From Bradymonadia bacterium (GTDB lineage: Bacteria; Myxococcota_A; Bradymonadia; UBA7976; UBA1532): DNA of 64,000 nucleotides. A program made the translations under genes and the position numbers. Below the pieces are notes generated by a model. It searched no databases, was not told the origin of the DNA, and saw nothing but the letters and a program-made list of their open reading frames with translations. Shown in pieces: positions 45,965 through 56,151 of this stretch (its first letter is position 1; every line of letters starts with the position of its first letter). The stretch covers positions 64,001 to 128,000 of the forward strand of contig JBKAGE010000082.1 of assembly GCA_046290225.1 (NCBI GenBank), in the 5' to 3' direction.

Positions 45965-48880
45965 TCAGCGGCGACGACGCAGAGGCGCGGCGAGGAGGAT
46001 CAACGCGAGCCAGCCGAGGCTGCTGCGGCTGCCGGTGGAGGCGTCGCAGTTGCAACCGCCATCTTCAGGCGGCACGCCATCGCCACCGTCAGGGCCACCG
46101 TCCGGAGGCGGAGGCGTACCCCCCGTGCCGCCGGTCCCGCCGGCACCACCAGAGCCGCCCATGCCACCGGCGCCGCCCATACCGCCAGTGCCACCGGTGC
46201 CGCCCATGCCGACGCCACCTTCGCCGCCGGCACCGCCCATGCCACCAGCACCGCCTTCGCCACCACCAATCCATTCGCCGATGCACTGGGCTGCACCATC
46301 TTGGATCTCGCAGACGGCGCCAGGGGGACACACGATGTTGAAGCACGGATCATCCACGCACACCCCACCCTCGCAGCGGAGGCCATCGCCACAATCCACC
46401 TGATCGCAGCGGTTGGGTGCGCACTCGCCTTCTTCGCAGATCTGACCATCGGGGCATTCGACGTCGGCACACGGATGCGCCACGCACACCCCGTCACGAC
46501 ACTGTTCCCCTGAAGGGCACGCCACAAAGGTGCAGGCGCCCACACAGGCGCCGTCACGGCAGAACTCATCGCCCTCGCAAATGACCCCGTCACAGGGATC
46601 CGGCTCACACACCGCCATCACACAGCGCTGACCTGTGGGGCAGCCTGCCTCGTAGCAGTTGTCGGCGACACACTCGCCCTCGGCGCACACCTGACCGCCA
46701 GGGCAGTTCACGTCATCACACGGATCGACACAGTCACCACCGCGGCAAATGAAGCCCTCTTCACAGGGGTTGAGCTCGCAGAGCTGCACACAGACACCGT
46801 CGCTGCAGACAAAGCCTTCACCGGGGCACTCGTTGTTGATGCACGGGTCGGCGCAGCGGCCGGCAACGCAGGCACCTTCGGGGCACTCCGCCCCTTCATC
46901 CGCGGTGCCGTCGCAGTCTTCGTCCACGCCATCACAGGTCTCGGTGGGCACATCACCACAACGACCGCAGGCGTTGCGCAGATCGTTGTCGATGATCCCG
47001 TCGCAGTTGTCGTCGTTGCCGTTGCACATCTCCTCGGCGGGATCTTCCGTGGGATCACAGTTCAGAGCGCCGCCCTCGCAGACGAGCACGCCGCTGGCGC
47101 ACAGACCAGGCTGGCCCGTGGGGCAAGCATCACCGACCCCGGGGACCCCTTCGTCGACGTTGCCGTCACAGTCATTGTCGAGGCCGTCACAGATCTCGTC
47201 GCTCGCGGTGATCTCGGGGTTGCAGAAGATGCCCCCGCCCTCGCAGACGGTGGTGCCCTGACCACAGACGCCGGGCTGCTCGGTGTCGCACGCCTCGCCG
47301 AGGCCGGGGATGCCCTCGTCGGTGGCACCGTCACAGTCGTTGTCGATGCCGTCGCACATCTCGTCGATGGGATCATTGAGCCCCTGACACTCGATCTGGC
47401 CATCGACGCAGGCGGTCACCCCTTGAGAGCAGAAGCCGGGCTGACCGAAGTCACAGGCCTGATCTCCGCCGGGGTTGCCTTCGTCGACGGTGCCATCGCA
47501 GTCGTCGTCCTCGCCGTTACAGCGCTCGTCGCCGCTGGGAATGCAGGCACAGACATCACCTGTGCCATCTTCATCTTCGTCGGCCTGATCGGCGTTGGGA
47601 TGATCGGGGCAGTTGTCGCAGGCATCGCCGACACCATCGCCGTCGCGATCAGCCTGGTCGAGGTTGGGGGTGTTGGGGCAGTTGTCTTCTTCGCACAGGT
47701 CGGGCCCGTTGCGTCGCTCGGCCCCATCGTCGTCGGCGTCGACGCAAGCGCCACCGAGGGAGCGCTGCAGCACGAGGGTGGAGAAGGCCACACAAGAGAT
47801 GCCGCCGTCAGTGCCTGCACCACCCCAGCAGGAGCGGTTGCCACCCGTGGGCCAGTTGCCGTTGCCTTCCTGACGCTCAGTGAGAGACCAGGCGATGTCA
47901 TAGTACCAGCCCGCTTCTTCTTCCGGGAAGCCGTCATTCGCCGGGTTCCGGGTGCCTCCGATGTCGTCCGCCTCGAGGCCGTTGAAGTTCGGATCAGCGT
48001 TCTCGCTCACCTCGAGGCCCTTCGCCACGGCCCACAGGTAATAGTAGTAGCTGTTGTTGCCCCAGTTGGCCTGAGGGGCGTTGATGTGGCCGTCGTAGCG
48101 CCAGTTGGCCCGGAGCCACTGCATGGCGCCCTGTACAGCGTTGTCGGCGAGGCCCCGGTTGCCCAGACGGGCCACCCAGAGGGCCGAGGCGGTCATACTG
48201 CTGCTGCAGCCCGCCCAACCGCTGGTGCGGTAGTTGTAGCAACCCCCACCGGCGGCATGGAACTGGATGGACTGCCCAGCGTCGTTGAGCATGTTCTGGG
48301 GCACCTGCACCACCGCCGAGGCGGAGGAGAGGCCCGCGAGGGCGAACTGGGTGGTGGAGAGATCGTTGTCGGCGCCAGGGCTGTTGTAGTTCCAGCCACC
48401 CTGGTTGTTCTGCTGACGCTGCAGGTTGGCCACCCCGTTGGTGAGGGCCTGCGTCACCGTGCGACGGGCGCCGACGTCGTCAGGGCCCCCTGTGGCGAGG
48501 TACAGGCCCATAGCCATCATGCTGGCCCCTGCCCGATACACCTGCGCCGTGCTGTTGGCGTTGAAATCGGCGCCGTTGCTCACGTCGATGACGTAGCGCA
48601 TAGCACGACGGACCAGCGCCTGATCGTCAGGCGACATGCCGTTGTAGCCCACGGGGGGGGCGTTGGGCAGCGGCGACTCGCGCTTCTCGAGGAAGCACAG
48701 CGCGGCGAGGCCCGTGGCTTCGCCGCCCATGTCGCCGTTGTTCTCTTGACCGCGCATGTACTGCAGCGCGCTCTCGATGGAGTCGTTCACCCGTTGCCGG
48801 AAGGGGCTCACCTGACCCCATGACACGCTGGGCAAAATCGCCATGGACAGAGCCAGGCCCAACAACTGAATACGCCGCAT
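45965..48880 (-). CDS. MYXO-CTERM surface protein A: prenyltransferase/terpene-cyclase-like alpha/alpha barrel, TSP3 repeats, 5 MopE-like repeats, Cys-rich stalk
   Basis: QW-like motifs QQNNQGGW and [17 protein letters not shown]; CxGxDxxCDG x5; [20 protein letters not shown] tail. Confidence 0.88.
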   Translation of the reverse strand: MRRIQLLGLALSMAILPSVSWGQVSPFRQRVNDSIESALQYMRGQENNGDMGGEATGLAALCFLEKRESPLPNAPPVGYNGMSPDDQALVRRAMRYVIDVSNGADFNANSTAQVYRAGASMMAMGLYLATGGPDDVGARRTVTQALTNGVANLQRQQNNQGGWNYNSPGADNDLSTTQFALAGLSSASAVVQVPQNMLNDAGQSIQFHAAGGGCYNYRTSGWAGCSSSMTASALWVARLGNRGLADNAVQGAMQWLRANWRYDGHINAPQANWGNNSYYYYLWAVAKGLEVSENADPNFNGLEADDIGGTRNPANDGFPEEEAGWYYDIAWSLTERQEGNGNWPTGGNRSCWGGAGTDGGISCVAFSTLVLQRSLGGACVDADDDGAERRNGPDLCEEDNCPNTPNLDQADRDGDGVGDACDNCPDHPNADQADEDEDGTGDVCACIPSGDERCNGEDDDCDGTVDEGNPGGDQACDFGQPGFCSQGVTACVDGQIECQGLNDPIDEMCDGIDNDCDGATDEGIPGLGEACDTEQPGVCGQGTTVCEGGGIFCNPEITASDEICDGLDNDCDGNVDEGVPGVGDACPTGQPGLCASGVLVCEGGALNCDPTEDPAEEMCNGNDDNCDGIIDNDLRNACGRCGDVPTETCDGVDEDCDGTADEGAECPEGACVAGRCADPCINNECPGEGFVCSDGVCVQLCELNPCEEGFICRGGDCVDPCDDVNCPGGQVCAEGECVADNCYEAGCPTGQRCVMAVCEPDPCDGVICEGDEFCRDGACVGACTFVACPSGEQCRDGVCVAHPCADVECPDGQICEEGECAPNRCDQVDCGDGLRCEGGVCVDDPCFNIVCPPGAVCEIQDGAAQCIGEWIGGGEGGAGGMGGAGGEGGVGMGGTGGTGGMGGAGGMGGSGGAGGTGGTGGTPPPPDGGPDGGDGVPPEDGGCNCDASTGSRSSLGWLALILLAAPLRRRR

Positions 48881-48963
48881 AGATCCCTCTCGATGCAACC
48901 AAGCAGAAGGACCATACCGAAAAACTACCTACGAATGCGATTGAGGCGTCTTCTTTGGCTGCC

Positions 48964-51507
48964 TCAGCCTCGACGACGACGCAACGGGAGCGCGATCAGA
49001 ATCATCGCCAGCCATCCCAGGTGGCTGTGACCCGAAGCGTCACAGCTGCAACCTCCCCGAGGAGGGACCGCGCTGTCGCCGCCGTCCACACCGAGATCAG
49101 GGGTGGGCTCGACGACATCAGCGTACCCCGCAGCACCGCCCCCCCCTCCTGTTGCGCCCATGCCACCCGCGGCATCGCCACCAGCACTCCCCATACCACC
49201 AGCGCCCCCTTCTGCAGGCCCACTGATCAGCTGGCCCATACATTGGGCTGTGCCCTCTTTCATTTCACAGACAGCGCCAGGGGGGCACACGATGTTGAAG
49301 CACGGATCATCAACGCACGCCCCATCCTCACAGCGAAAGCCAGCATCGCACTCCACCTGCTCACAGAGCGGGTCGACGCACTCACCCCCCTCGCACACCT
49401 GACCATCGACACACTCGACGCCAGTGCAGGGGTCAGCCACGCACGCTCCATCACGGCACACCTCCTCCGCCGGGCAAGCCACGGCGTTGCATGCGTCGAC
49501 ACACGCTCCGTCACGACAGAATGCGTTCGCTGCACACACGACGTCGGCACATGGATCAGTCTCACAGGTGGAGGCGACGCATCGTTGTCCCTCAGGGCAT
49601 CCCACGGCATAGCAATTGTCGTCGACACACTCGCCTCCGGAGCACACCTGACCGCCATCACACGTGACCTCAGCGCACAGATCGACACAGCCCTCCACCC
49701 GACATACGAAGCCCGCTTCACAGGGCTCCACCTCGCACAACAACCGGCACAGGCCGTCCATGCAAAGGAAGCCTTCACCGGGACACTCGTTGATCATGCA
49801 TGGCTCTGCGCAGCGACCGTCGACGCACACACCACTCGGACACTCAGCCCCCTCGTCGACGACACCATCACAGTCTTCGTCGGCGCCATCACAGGCCTCT
49901 GCGGGCGGCTCGCCACACTGGCCACAGGCGTTGCGCAGATCATTGTCGATGATCCCGTCGCAGTCATCGTCCAGACCGTTGCATGTTTCTTCCGTGGGGG
50001 CATCGTCCGGCCCACACACGAGCTCACCATCTTCGCAGGTGAGTATGCCCATGGCGCACAAACCTGGTTGTCCTGTAGCGCACATATCACCGAGGCCAGC
50101 GGCTTCTTCGTCAATGACACCATCACAGTCATCGTCCAGGCCGTTGCACAGCTCTTCCGATGGCGTGCAGGTGCAGGCATCACCGACACCATCAGCGTTT
50201 TCGTCGGCCTGATCGACGTTGGGATGATCGGGGCAGTTGTCGCAGGCGTCGCCGACGCCATCGCCGTCGCGATCAGCCTGGTCGAGGTTGGGTATATCGG
50301 GGCAATTGTCGCCTTCGCACAGGTTCGTCCCACTGCGGAACTCGGCGCCGTCGTTGTCGACATCGACGCAGGCACCGCCGAGGGAGCGCTGCAGCACGAG
50401 AGTGGAGAAAGCCACACAGGACATGCCCGCGTCTGTGCCCGCGGCACCCCAACAGGACCGGTTGCCGCCCGTGGGCCAGCTGCCGTTGTTGCCCTGACGC
50501 TCGGTGAGAGACCAAGCGATGTCGTAATACCAGCCCGCTTCTTCTGCCGGGAAACCATCGTCCGTGGGGCTCCGTGTACCCCCGATGTCGCCAGACTCCA
50601 CGCCATCGAAGGCTGGATCCGCGCTCTCCCCCACCTCAAGGCCTTTGGCCATGGCCCAGAGGTAGTAGTAGTAGCTGTCGTTGGCCCAGTCTTCGTCCAT
50701 GCTGGGGATGTGGCCGTCGTATCGCCAGTTGGCCTGCAACCACCGCATGATCCCCTGCACATCTGCCTCACCCACGTCGCGACTGCCCATCCGAGCCACC
50801 CAGAGGGCTGAGGCGGTCATGCTGCTGCTGCAGTCGGACCACCACGCCGCGGTGCGGTACCGGTAACAGCCGTTCTCTTCGTGGTGCAGCTCGATGGCCT
50901 GCCCGGCGGACTCGAGCATGGCTCGGGGGACCAGCACGGCCCTCGAGGCTGCCGACAGTCCCAGGAGCGCAAACTGAGTCGTGGAGAGATCGCTGTAGTC
51001 GCTGGGGGTGCTGTAGTTCCAACCATTCAGGGCGTTTTGCTGGCGCCTCAGGTTGGCCACGCCATTGACGAGGGCCTGCGTTACAGTGCGAGTGGCGCCG
51101 ACGTCATCAGGTCCTCCAGTGCCGAGATAGAGGCCCATGGCCATCATGCTCGCCCCAGCCCGGTACACCTGCGCCGTACCGTTCGCGCTGAAGTCGACGC
51201 CGTCGTCTACATCGATGACATACCGTATGGCGCGGCGGACCAGCGCCTGATCATCGGGGGACATGCCCCGATAGCCCACTGGGGGGGCCATCGGCTGTGC
51301 CGACCATCGCTTCTCGAGGAAGCACAGAGCCGCCAGCCCTGTCGCCTGGCCGCCGATGTTCCCACCGCTCTCTTGAACGCGCATGTACTGCAGCGCGCGC
51401 TCGATGGCGTCGTCCACACGCTGCTGAAACGGACTCACCTGACCCCAGGACACGCTGGGCATCACAGCCATGGACAACACGAGACCCAAAACACGCACAC
51501 ATCGCAT
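48964..51507 (-). CDS. MYXO-CTERM surface protein B, tandem paralogue of A (3 MopE-like repeats)
   Basis: Colinear with [22 protein letters not shown] tail. Confidence 0.85.
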   Translation of the reverse strand: MRCVRVLGLVLSMAVMPSVSWGQVSPFQQRVDDAIERALQYMRVQESGGNIGGQATGLAALCFLEKRWSAQPMAPPVGYRGMSPDDQALVRRAIRYVIDVDDGVDFSANGTAQVYRAGASMMAMGLYLGTGGPDDVGATRTVTQALVNGVANLRRQQNALNGWNYSTPSDYSDLSTTQFALLGLSAASRAVLVPRAMLESAGQAIELHHEENGCYRYRTAAWWSDCSSSMTASALWVARMGSRDVGEADVQGIMRWLQANWRYDGHIPSMDEDWANDSYYYYLWAMAKGLEVGESADPAFDGVESGDIGGTRSPTDDGFPAEEAGWYYDIAWSLTERQGNNGSWPTGGNRSCWGAAGTDAGMSCVAFSTLVLQRSLGGACVDVDNDGAEFRSGTNLCEGDNCPDIPNLDQADRDGDGVGDACDNCPDHPNVDQADENADGVGDACTCTPSEELCNGLDDDCDGVIDEEAAGLGDMCATGQPGLCAMGILTCEDGELVCGPDDAPTEETCNGLDDDCDGIIDNDLRNACGQCGEPPAEACDGADEDCDGVVDEGAECPSGVCVDGRCAEPCMINECPGEGFLCMDGLCRLLCEVEPCEAGFVCRVEGCVDLCAEVTCDGGQVCSGGECVDDNCYAVGCPEGQRCVASTCETDPCADVVCAANAFCRDGACVDACNAVACPAEEVCRDGACVADPCTGVECVDGQVCEGGECVDPLCEQVECDAGFRCEDGACVDDPCFNIVCPPGAVCEMKEGTAQCMGQLISGPAEGGAGGMGSAGGDAAGGMGATGGGGGAAGYADVVEPTPDLGVDGGDSAVPPRGGCSCDASGHSHLGWLAMILIALPLRRRRG

Positions 51508-51605
51508 CACACACCTTAAGCACATGTAAGACGATGTAAGTCTAGCGGCGTATTTTGAGTCCGTCGTTCAGGCGCCCGGAACATCGGGGCCTGCGAGGTA
51601 GGGCG

Positions 51606-51824
51606 CTACCAGTCGCGGTTTCGGTGCTCGAAACGCTGACGCAACCAGCCGAGCAGAGCCAGAAAACCGATGATGAGGCAGCCGAACATGATCCCGATGA
51701 GGAACGCCCCACCCATCATGAGGAGAGAGGGGATCGCAGCTTCGTTCTGGTCCATGATGAAGGGGAAGGCGATCAGGCTGCACGTGACCACCGACATCAT
51801 CAGAATGAACTCGACCCGGCTCAT
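51606..51824 (-). CDS. small two-TM membrane protein
   Basis: 72 aa, two hydrophobic segments, GGAGAAGGG RBS. Confidence 0.6.
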   Translation of the reverse strand: MSRVEFILMMSVVTCSLIAFPFIMDQNEAAIPSLLMMGGAFLIGIMFGCLIIGFLALLGWLRQRFEHRNRDW

Positions 51825-51857
51825 GGGTCCCCTTCTCCAACCCCCCTCGCGGGGTGG

Positions 51858-53444
51858 TTATAGCACGACTCGGAACCGAGTCTCCCCAGGGCGGGTCTCA
51901 CAGCCCACCTGACCACCTCTGCTCTGAGCCACAGCCTGCACGATGGCCAGCCCCAACCCTGTACCCCCATCATCTCTGCTGGTGGTGAAGAACCGCTCGA
52001 AGAGCCGCCGCTGGTTGCCCTCACTGATGCCCGGGCCATGATCGACGACCTCGAGGCACACCTGATCGCCCACGCCCTTCGCGATGATCTCGATGGGGGC
52101 CTCGCCGTGCAGCAAGGCGTTGTCCACGAGGTTGCCCACCACCGACTCGAGGTGTTCGGGGGCGATGACGAGGTGCTCGGGCAGGGCCTCGGGTCCTTCG
52201 ACCACACAGCGTGCGGTGACACCCTCGCCAGGGTCGAACCGCGAGACGAACCCCTCGAGCCAGGCCCTGATGGGGATCTCCTCCACCTGCTCGCCCTGAT
52301 GTTCGATGCGGGCGAGTTGCAGCAACCGGCTCACCTGACGCGTCATGCGAGCGGTGGCGGCGTCGATGTTGGCGAGGAACCGGTCACGCTGAGCGGGGCT
52401 CATGTCGTCCCACGAGCCCCGCAACAGCTCGGTGGCGCCTCTCACCGAAGAGAGCGGCGTCTTCAACTCGTGGCTCACGTTGCCCACGAACTCGGTGATG
52501 TACTCGGCCCGAGCCTTCAGCTGCGCGGTCATCTCGTCGAGGGCCGCGCTGAGTGTGCTGATCTCAGAAGGCACGAGGCCCCTGGGCAGCGGCTCACGGG
52601 GCCGACCGGCGGCGATGGCCTCTGCGGCGGCGGTGATGGCCCGCACGGGGGCGGTGATGACCCGGGCAAAGAAGAAGCTCATGCCCACGATGAGCAACAG
52701 GCTGCCCACGAAGGCCAGCCCGAGCGTGCGCCGCTGTCGATAGAGGGCCTCAAGCGGGTCGATGCTGGTCCGGCTCATCCGCACCACCCCGATGATCTGA
52801 CCGTCGGCGAAGAGCGGGGTGGCGGTGAACACCCTCAAGGTGCCCCGACGACTGATGGCCCCCAGCGGGCTGCGCAGCGATGGCTGAGGGCTGCTGCTGT
52901 GTCGGGGTCGGGCGACGGCGGCATATCGACCACCGAGGGCGGCCCTGACCTCTGGCAAATGCTCGACGCACTGGCCGATCTCGTCGGCGGTGCTGGCCAC
53001 GACGCACCCCTCGGCGTTGATCACCCGAGCCCCGCTCAGATTCACCCGCTTGGCTCGATCGAGCATGGGCTTGATGGCGGCGCCGGCACGCCACTCGGGG
53101 CCGCTGCGATCACTGGCGAATCGCGTGGGCGGTGTGTTGTCTGGGGGCATCACCTCCTGATCGGGATCCGCAAGGTCGAGCACGGGCTCGATGGGGAACA
53201 CGTCAGGCACGATGGCCCAGCTGGGCGAGATGTCGGGGCCTTCACCTGTGGGCACGCCCTGGATCTCGAGCAAGGCGCTGCGCCACGCCTCGCCGATGAG
53301 GGCGGACTCGGCGATGAGCCGCCGCTCGGTCTGCCTGATCAGGTGGGTCTCGTAGACTCGGAACAGCAACAACGCCAGGAGCGGAATGAGCAAGGCCAGC
53401 ACGTTGACCGAGAGGATCAACCTCTGGATGCCGGGCCCTCTCAC
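51858..53444 (-). CDS. membrane sensor histidine kinase (CreC-like; HAMP-HisKA-HATPase)
   Basis: Two TMs, HAMP, NVSHELKTPL, NLVDNAL, DHGPG, FERFF, GTGLGL. Confidence 0.93.
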   Translation of the reverse strand: MRGPGIQRLILSVNVLALLIPLLALLLFRVYETHLIRQTERRLIAESALIGEAWRSALLEIQGVPTGEGPDISPSWAIVPDVFPIEPVLDLADPDQEVMPPDNTPPTRFASDRSGPEWRAGAAIKPMLDRAKRVNLSGARVINAEGCVVASTADEIGQCVEHLPEVRAALGGRYAAVARPRHSSSPQPSLRSPLGAISRRGTLRVFTATPLFADGQIIGVVRMSRTSIDPLEALYRQRRTLGLAFVGSLLLIVGMSFFFARVITAPVRAITAAAEAIAAGRPREPLPRGLVPSEISTLSAALDEMTAQLKARAEYITEFVGNVSHELKTPLSSVRGATELLRGSWDDMSPAQRDRFLANIDAATARMTRQVSRLLQLARIEHQGEQVEEIPIRAWLEGFVSRFDPGEGVTARCVVEGPEALPEHLVIAPEHLESVVGNLVDNALLHGEAPIEIIAKGVGDQVCLEVVDHGPGISEGNQRRLFERFFTTSRDDGGTGLGLAIVQAVAQSRGGQVGCETRPGETRFRVVL

Positions 53445-54157
53445 GGGCTGCCCCCTGCAGTCTTGAGCCGATAGCCCAAGCCATACACCGTCTCAACGGG
53501 ATCGCTCTCGGGCACCAGGGCGTTGAACTTGCCCCGGATCCGCCGAATATGGCTGTCGATGGTGCGATCGGTGATGTGATGTCCGGGACCCCAGACCCGA
53601 TCGACGAGCTCACCTCGGGTGTACACCTTGCCCGGGTGGCCCATGAGGGTGCGCAGCAGGTCGAACTCAGTGACGGTGAGCACGATCTCGTCCTGGCCGA
53701 GCAGGCACCGATGTCGCTGCAGATCGAGGGTGATGGCGCTGTGTCGCAAGATGGCGCCTTGAGGGTCGATTACGCTCCGAGCCTGTGAACGCCTCAGCAT
53801 GACCTTGACCCGCACGGCGAGCTCCCGGGGGCTGAAGGGCTTGGTGACGTAGTCGTCGGCCCCCATCTCGAGACCGAGGATCCGGTCGAACTCTTCGTCT
53901 TTGCTCGACAAGAACAAGATGGGCACTTCGCGCTTAGCTGCGTCGCTGTGGGCCCGAATGCGCCGGCAGACTTCGAGGCCGTCGAGCTCGGGCATCAAGA
54001 TGTCGAGCACGATGGCGTCGATGGGGGTGTCGTCGAAGGCCCTCAGCGCGGCGAGGCCGTCGGCGGCTTCGACGACGCTGTGCCCTGCTTGCTCGAGGGC
54101 GAAGCGTACGACCTCGCGGATGTGCCCGTCGTCGTCGGTGATGAGGATGGTGGCCAT
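53441..54157 (-). CDS. OmpR-family response regulator (CreB-like)
   Basis: ILITDDD, VLDILMP, GADDYVTKPF, RTIDSHIRRIR, VYGLGY. Confidence 0.95.
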   Translation of the reverse strand: MATILITDDDGHIREVVRFALEQAGHSVVEAADGLAALRAFDDTPIDAIVLDILMPELDGLEVCRRIRAHSDAAKREVPILFLSSKDEEFDRILGLEMGADDYVTKPFSPRELAVRVKVMLRRSQARSVIDPQGAILRHSAITLDLQRHRCLLGQDEIVLTVTEFDLLRTLMGHPGKVYTRGELVDRVWGPGHHITDRTIDSHIRRIRGKFNALVPESDPVETVYGLGYRLKTAGGSP

Positions 54158-54189
54158 GGGTGGGGAGTATGCCAGATGCTGGGGCTCAA

Positions 54190-54519
54190 CTCGCTTCGCT
54201 CGCAGATCAGTTTTCGGGCACGGGCACGGGCACGGGCACGGGCACGAGTTGATTCGGCCCTGGATTCATGGCCCTGGATGACTCTGCTCGCAGGCTCGTG
54301 GGGGTGGAGGCTGTACTCGGCCCTGCATGCTTCTCAGTACAGGTTTTGGTCCTCAATACGTTCCAATGACTGAACTCTCAGGGCGTTCTGAAGCGCATCA
54401 ACTCAGCCTCAATGATAACTGTCGCCCTGAGTCATGCCGGGCAACGGGTCAGAGTACGTATCAACTCGTGCCCGTGCCCGTGCCCGTGCCCGTGCCCGAA
54501 AACTGATCTGCGAGCGAAG
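54190..54519. mobile_element. non-coding inverted-repeat element, copy 2
   Basis: Perfect 60-bp inverted repeat 54194-54253 / 54460-54519 with five GGGCAC units per arm; interior aligns with copy 1. Confidence 0.75.
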
Positions 54520-54552
54520 GCGCCAGCCGCAGCGAGAGCCACGTGGATGGCC

Positions 54553-56151
54553 CTACCCCAAGTAAGGCAATCGCTCCCCCAACCGCCCCCACGCCTGCGC
54601 GTACTGTGCTCGGGCGAACTCGCTGGCGAAGACCACTCCGTACCCTTCAGGCACCGCGCCATCGTAATCGCCATTGAGATCCCGGCTGTACTCCGCGTAC
54701 TCCGCCCGGGGTACCCCCATTGAGTCGAGCACCGTCGACAGCCACTGGTTGTAGTACAGGCCTGGGCGGTTGGGCTCGTCGAGGCCGCCGGGGTTCTCGC
54801 CTTCAGCGATGGGCCAGCCGACGCCCTGATTGCGATAGTCGATGTACTGCCCCGTGGGCATCGCGCCGCCAGCGCCGCCGGCCGTGACGATGGGGATGCC
54901 CATCGAGTCGTGGGTGTTCATGCCCGACTCCTGGGTCCAGGCGATGAGCGTGTGATCGAGCACATTGCCACCCGCGGGATCTTCGATGGCTGACAGCTTG
55001 CGGGCCAGATCGAGGAACACGTGTTCGAAGAAGCGCTGCTGGGCTTCTACGAGCAGGGGCTGGCGCTCTTGGGTGAGGCACTGGTGGGCCACGTCTTGAT
55101 GCCAGTCGCCCACGAAGTCGGAGAAGGTGGCGTAGGCCCCCATCACCGCGAGGCGGCTCACCCCACAGGCCAGGGCCGTGGCCACAACATCGTTGTGGTT
55201 TTGCCAGAAGCGCACCTGCCCCGCGGCGTCGCCGTCGGTGATCAGCTCACCGCTGCGACCAGGCTCGACGACCTCGCAGGCCACCTGAGCGGTGATGCGG
55301 CGCTCCAGCTCGAAGAGGCGATCCATGTGCTCGCTCAGGCGGCGGCGATCCGCGGCGCCGAGGCGGCGGTTGCTCTCCATGAGGCTGCGGTAGCTCTCCC
55401 GCACGCGATCCACCACCAACGGTCGGGGCGTGCTCGGATCCTCGTTCGGGCGGAACAGGCGGTTGAACAGCGCGATGTTGTTCTGCTCTGGCGAGAGGGG
55501 CTGCAAGCGGCCGCTGCGATCAGAGGGTCGGGACCAGTTCCACGAGATGCCCCGCTGACCCACCACAATGGTGCGCAGGCGGTTAGTGCTCAGATCGCCA
55601 TAGAACGAGGGGGACCACGCCATGACCTGATCGATGGTGGGTCGAGGGTGATTCCAGAGGAAGGCGCCCTCGCTGCCGTTGCCGTCGTTGGCGGCGAAGT
55701 TCCCCAGGTGGCCGCCGCGATGGTGGGCCAGGTAGTAGGGCACGTCGAGGCCGCGGATCACGTTGAGCTGCCTCACCATGGCCTCGTCGAGGGCCTCGGC
55801 AGAGGCTGAGAGGACCGGTGAGATCACCGACTGACCGCCTTGGGCATTCGCCCGCAACGCTCCGGCGCGGATGGTGTGGCCGGCGTACTCCATCTGCTGA
55901 TCGAGCAGCTGGGCGCCGGGGTACATGTTGACGCCCCAGATGCCCCCGTGGGGGGTGACGAAGGAGACAAAGCGCTTTGCGCCGCGCTCCATGTTCTGGG
56001 CCTGTGCGCTCTTGGGGAGCAGCGACGGCATGAAGGGGGTGGTCAGGGCGAAGCCCCCGAGGCCGCGGAGCAGCTGGCGCCGGTTCATGTGACTGGGGTT
56101 CATGTGGCTGGGGTTCATGTGGCTGGGATCCTTTTGACGCGACATGATCAC
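54553..56151 (-). CDS. DUF1552 domain protein (Tat-exported)
   Basis: NRRQLLRGLGG..PFMPSL Tat-like leader, TIDQVMA, DRRRLSEHMD..ELERR, LACGVSR, NVLDHT; follows DUF1592 gene. Confidence 0.85.
   Translation of the reverse strand: MIMSRQKDPSHMNPSHMNPSHMNRRQLLRGLGGFALTTPFMPSLLPKSAQAQNMERGAKRFVSFVTPHGGIWGVNMYPGAQLLDQQMEYAGHTIRAGALRANAQGGQSVISPVLSASAEALDEAMVRQLNVIRGLDVPYYLAHHRGGHLGNFAANDGNGSEGAFLWNHPRPTIDQVMAWSPSFYGDLSTNRLRTIVVGQRGISWNWSRPSDRSGRLQPLSPEQNNIALFNRLFRPNEDPSTPRPLVVDRVRESYRSLMESNRRLGAADRRRLSEHMDRLFELERRITAQVACEVVEPGRSGELITDGDAAGQVRFWQNHNDVVATALACGVSRLAVMGAYATFSDFVGDWHQDVAHQCLTQERQPLLVEAQQRFFEHVFLDLARKLSAIEDPAGGNVLDHTLIAWTQESGMNTHDSMGIPIVTAGGAGGAMPTGQYIDYRNQGVGWPIAEGENPGGLDEPNRPGLYYNQWLSTVLDSMGVPRAEYAEYSRDLNGDYDGAVPEGYGVVFASEFARAQYAQAWGRLGERLPYLG
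56082..56126 (-). repeat. 15-nt tandem repeat x3 (PSHMN) in the DUF1552 leader
   Basis: ggttcatgtgRctgg three times. Confidence 0.9.

Noticed and set aside
47740..48880. Squalene-hopene cyclase call for the MYXO-CTERM heads
   Set aside because: Single barrel, exported, no DxDD catalytic motif; only QW-like repeats are shared
45965..51507. traA/traB outer-membrane-exchange locus
   Set aside because: Head is not PA14-like and no OmpA/beta-barrel traB gene follows
30275..54519. Repeats as a CRISPR array or integron cassette array
   Set aside because: No regularly spaced direct repeats with unique spacers, no cas or integrase gene; the repeats are inverted arms of two isolated elements
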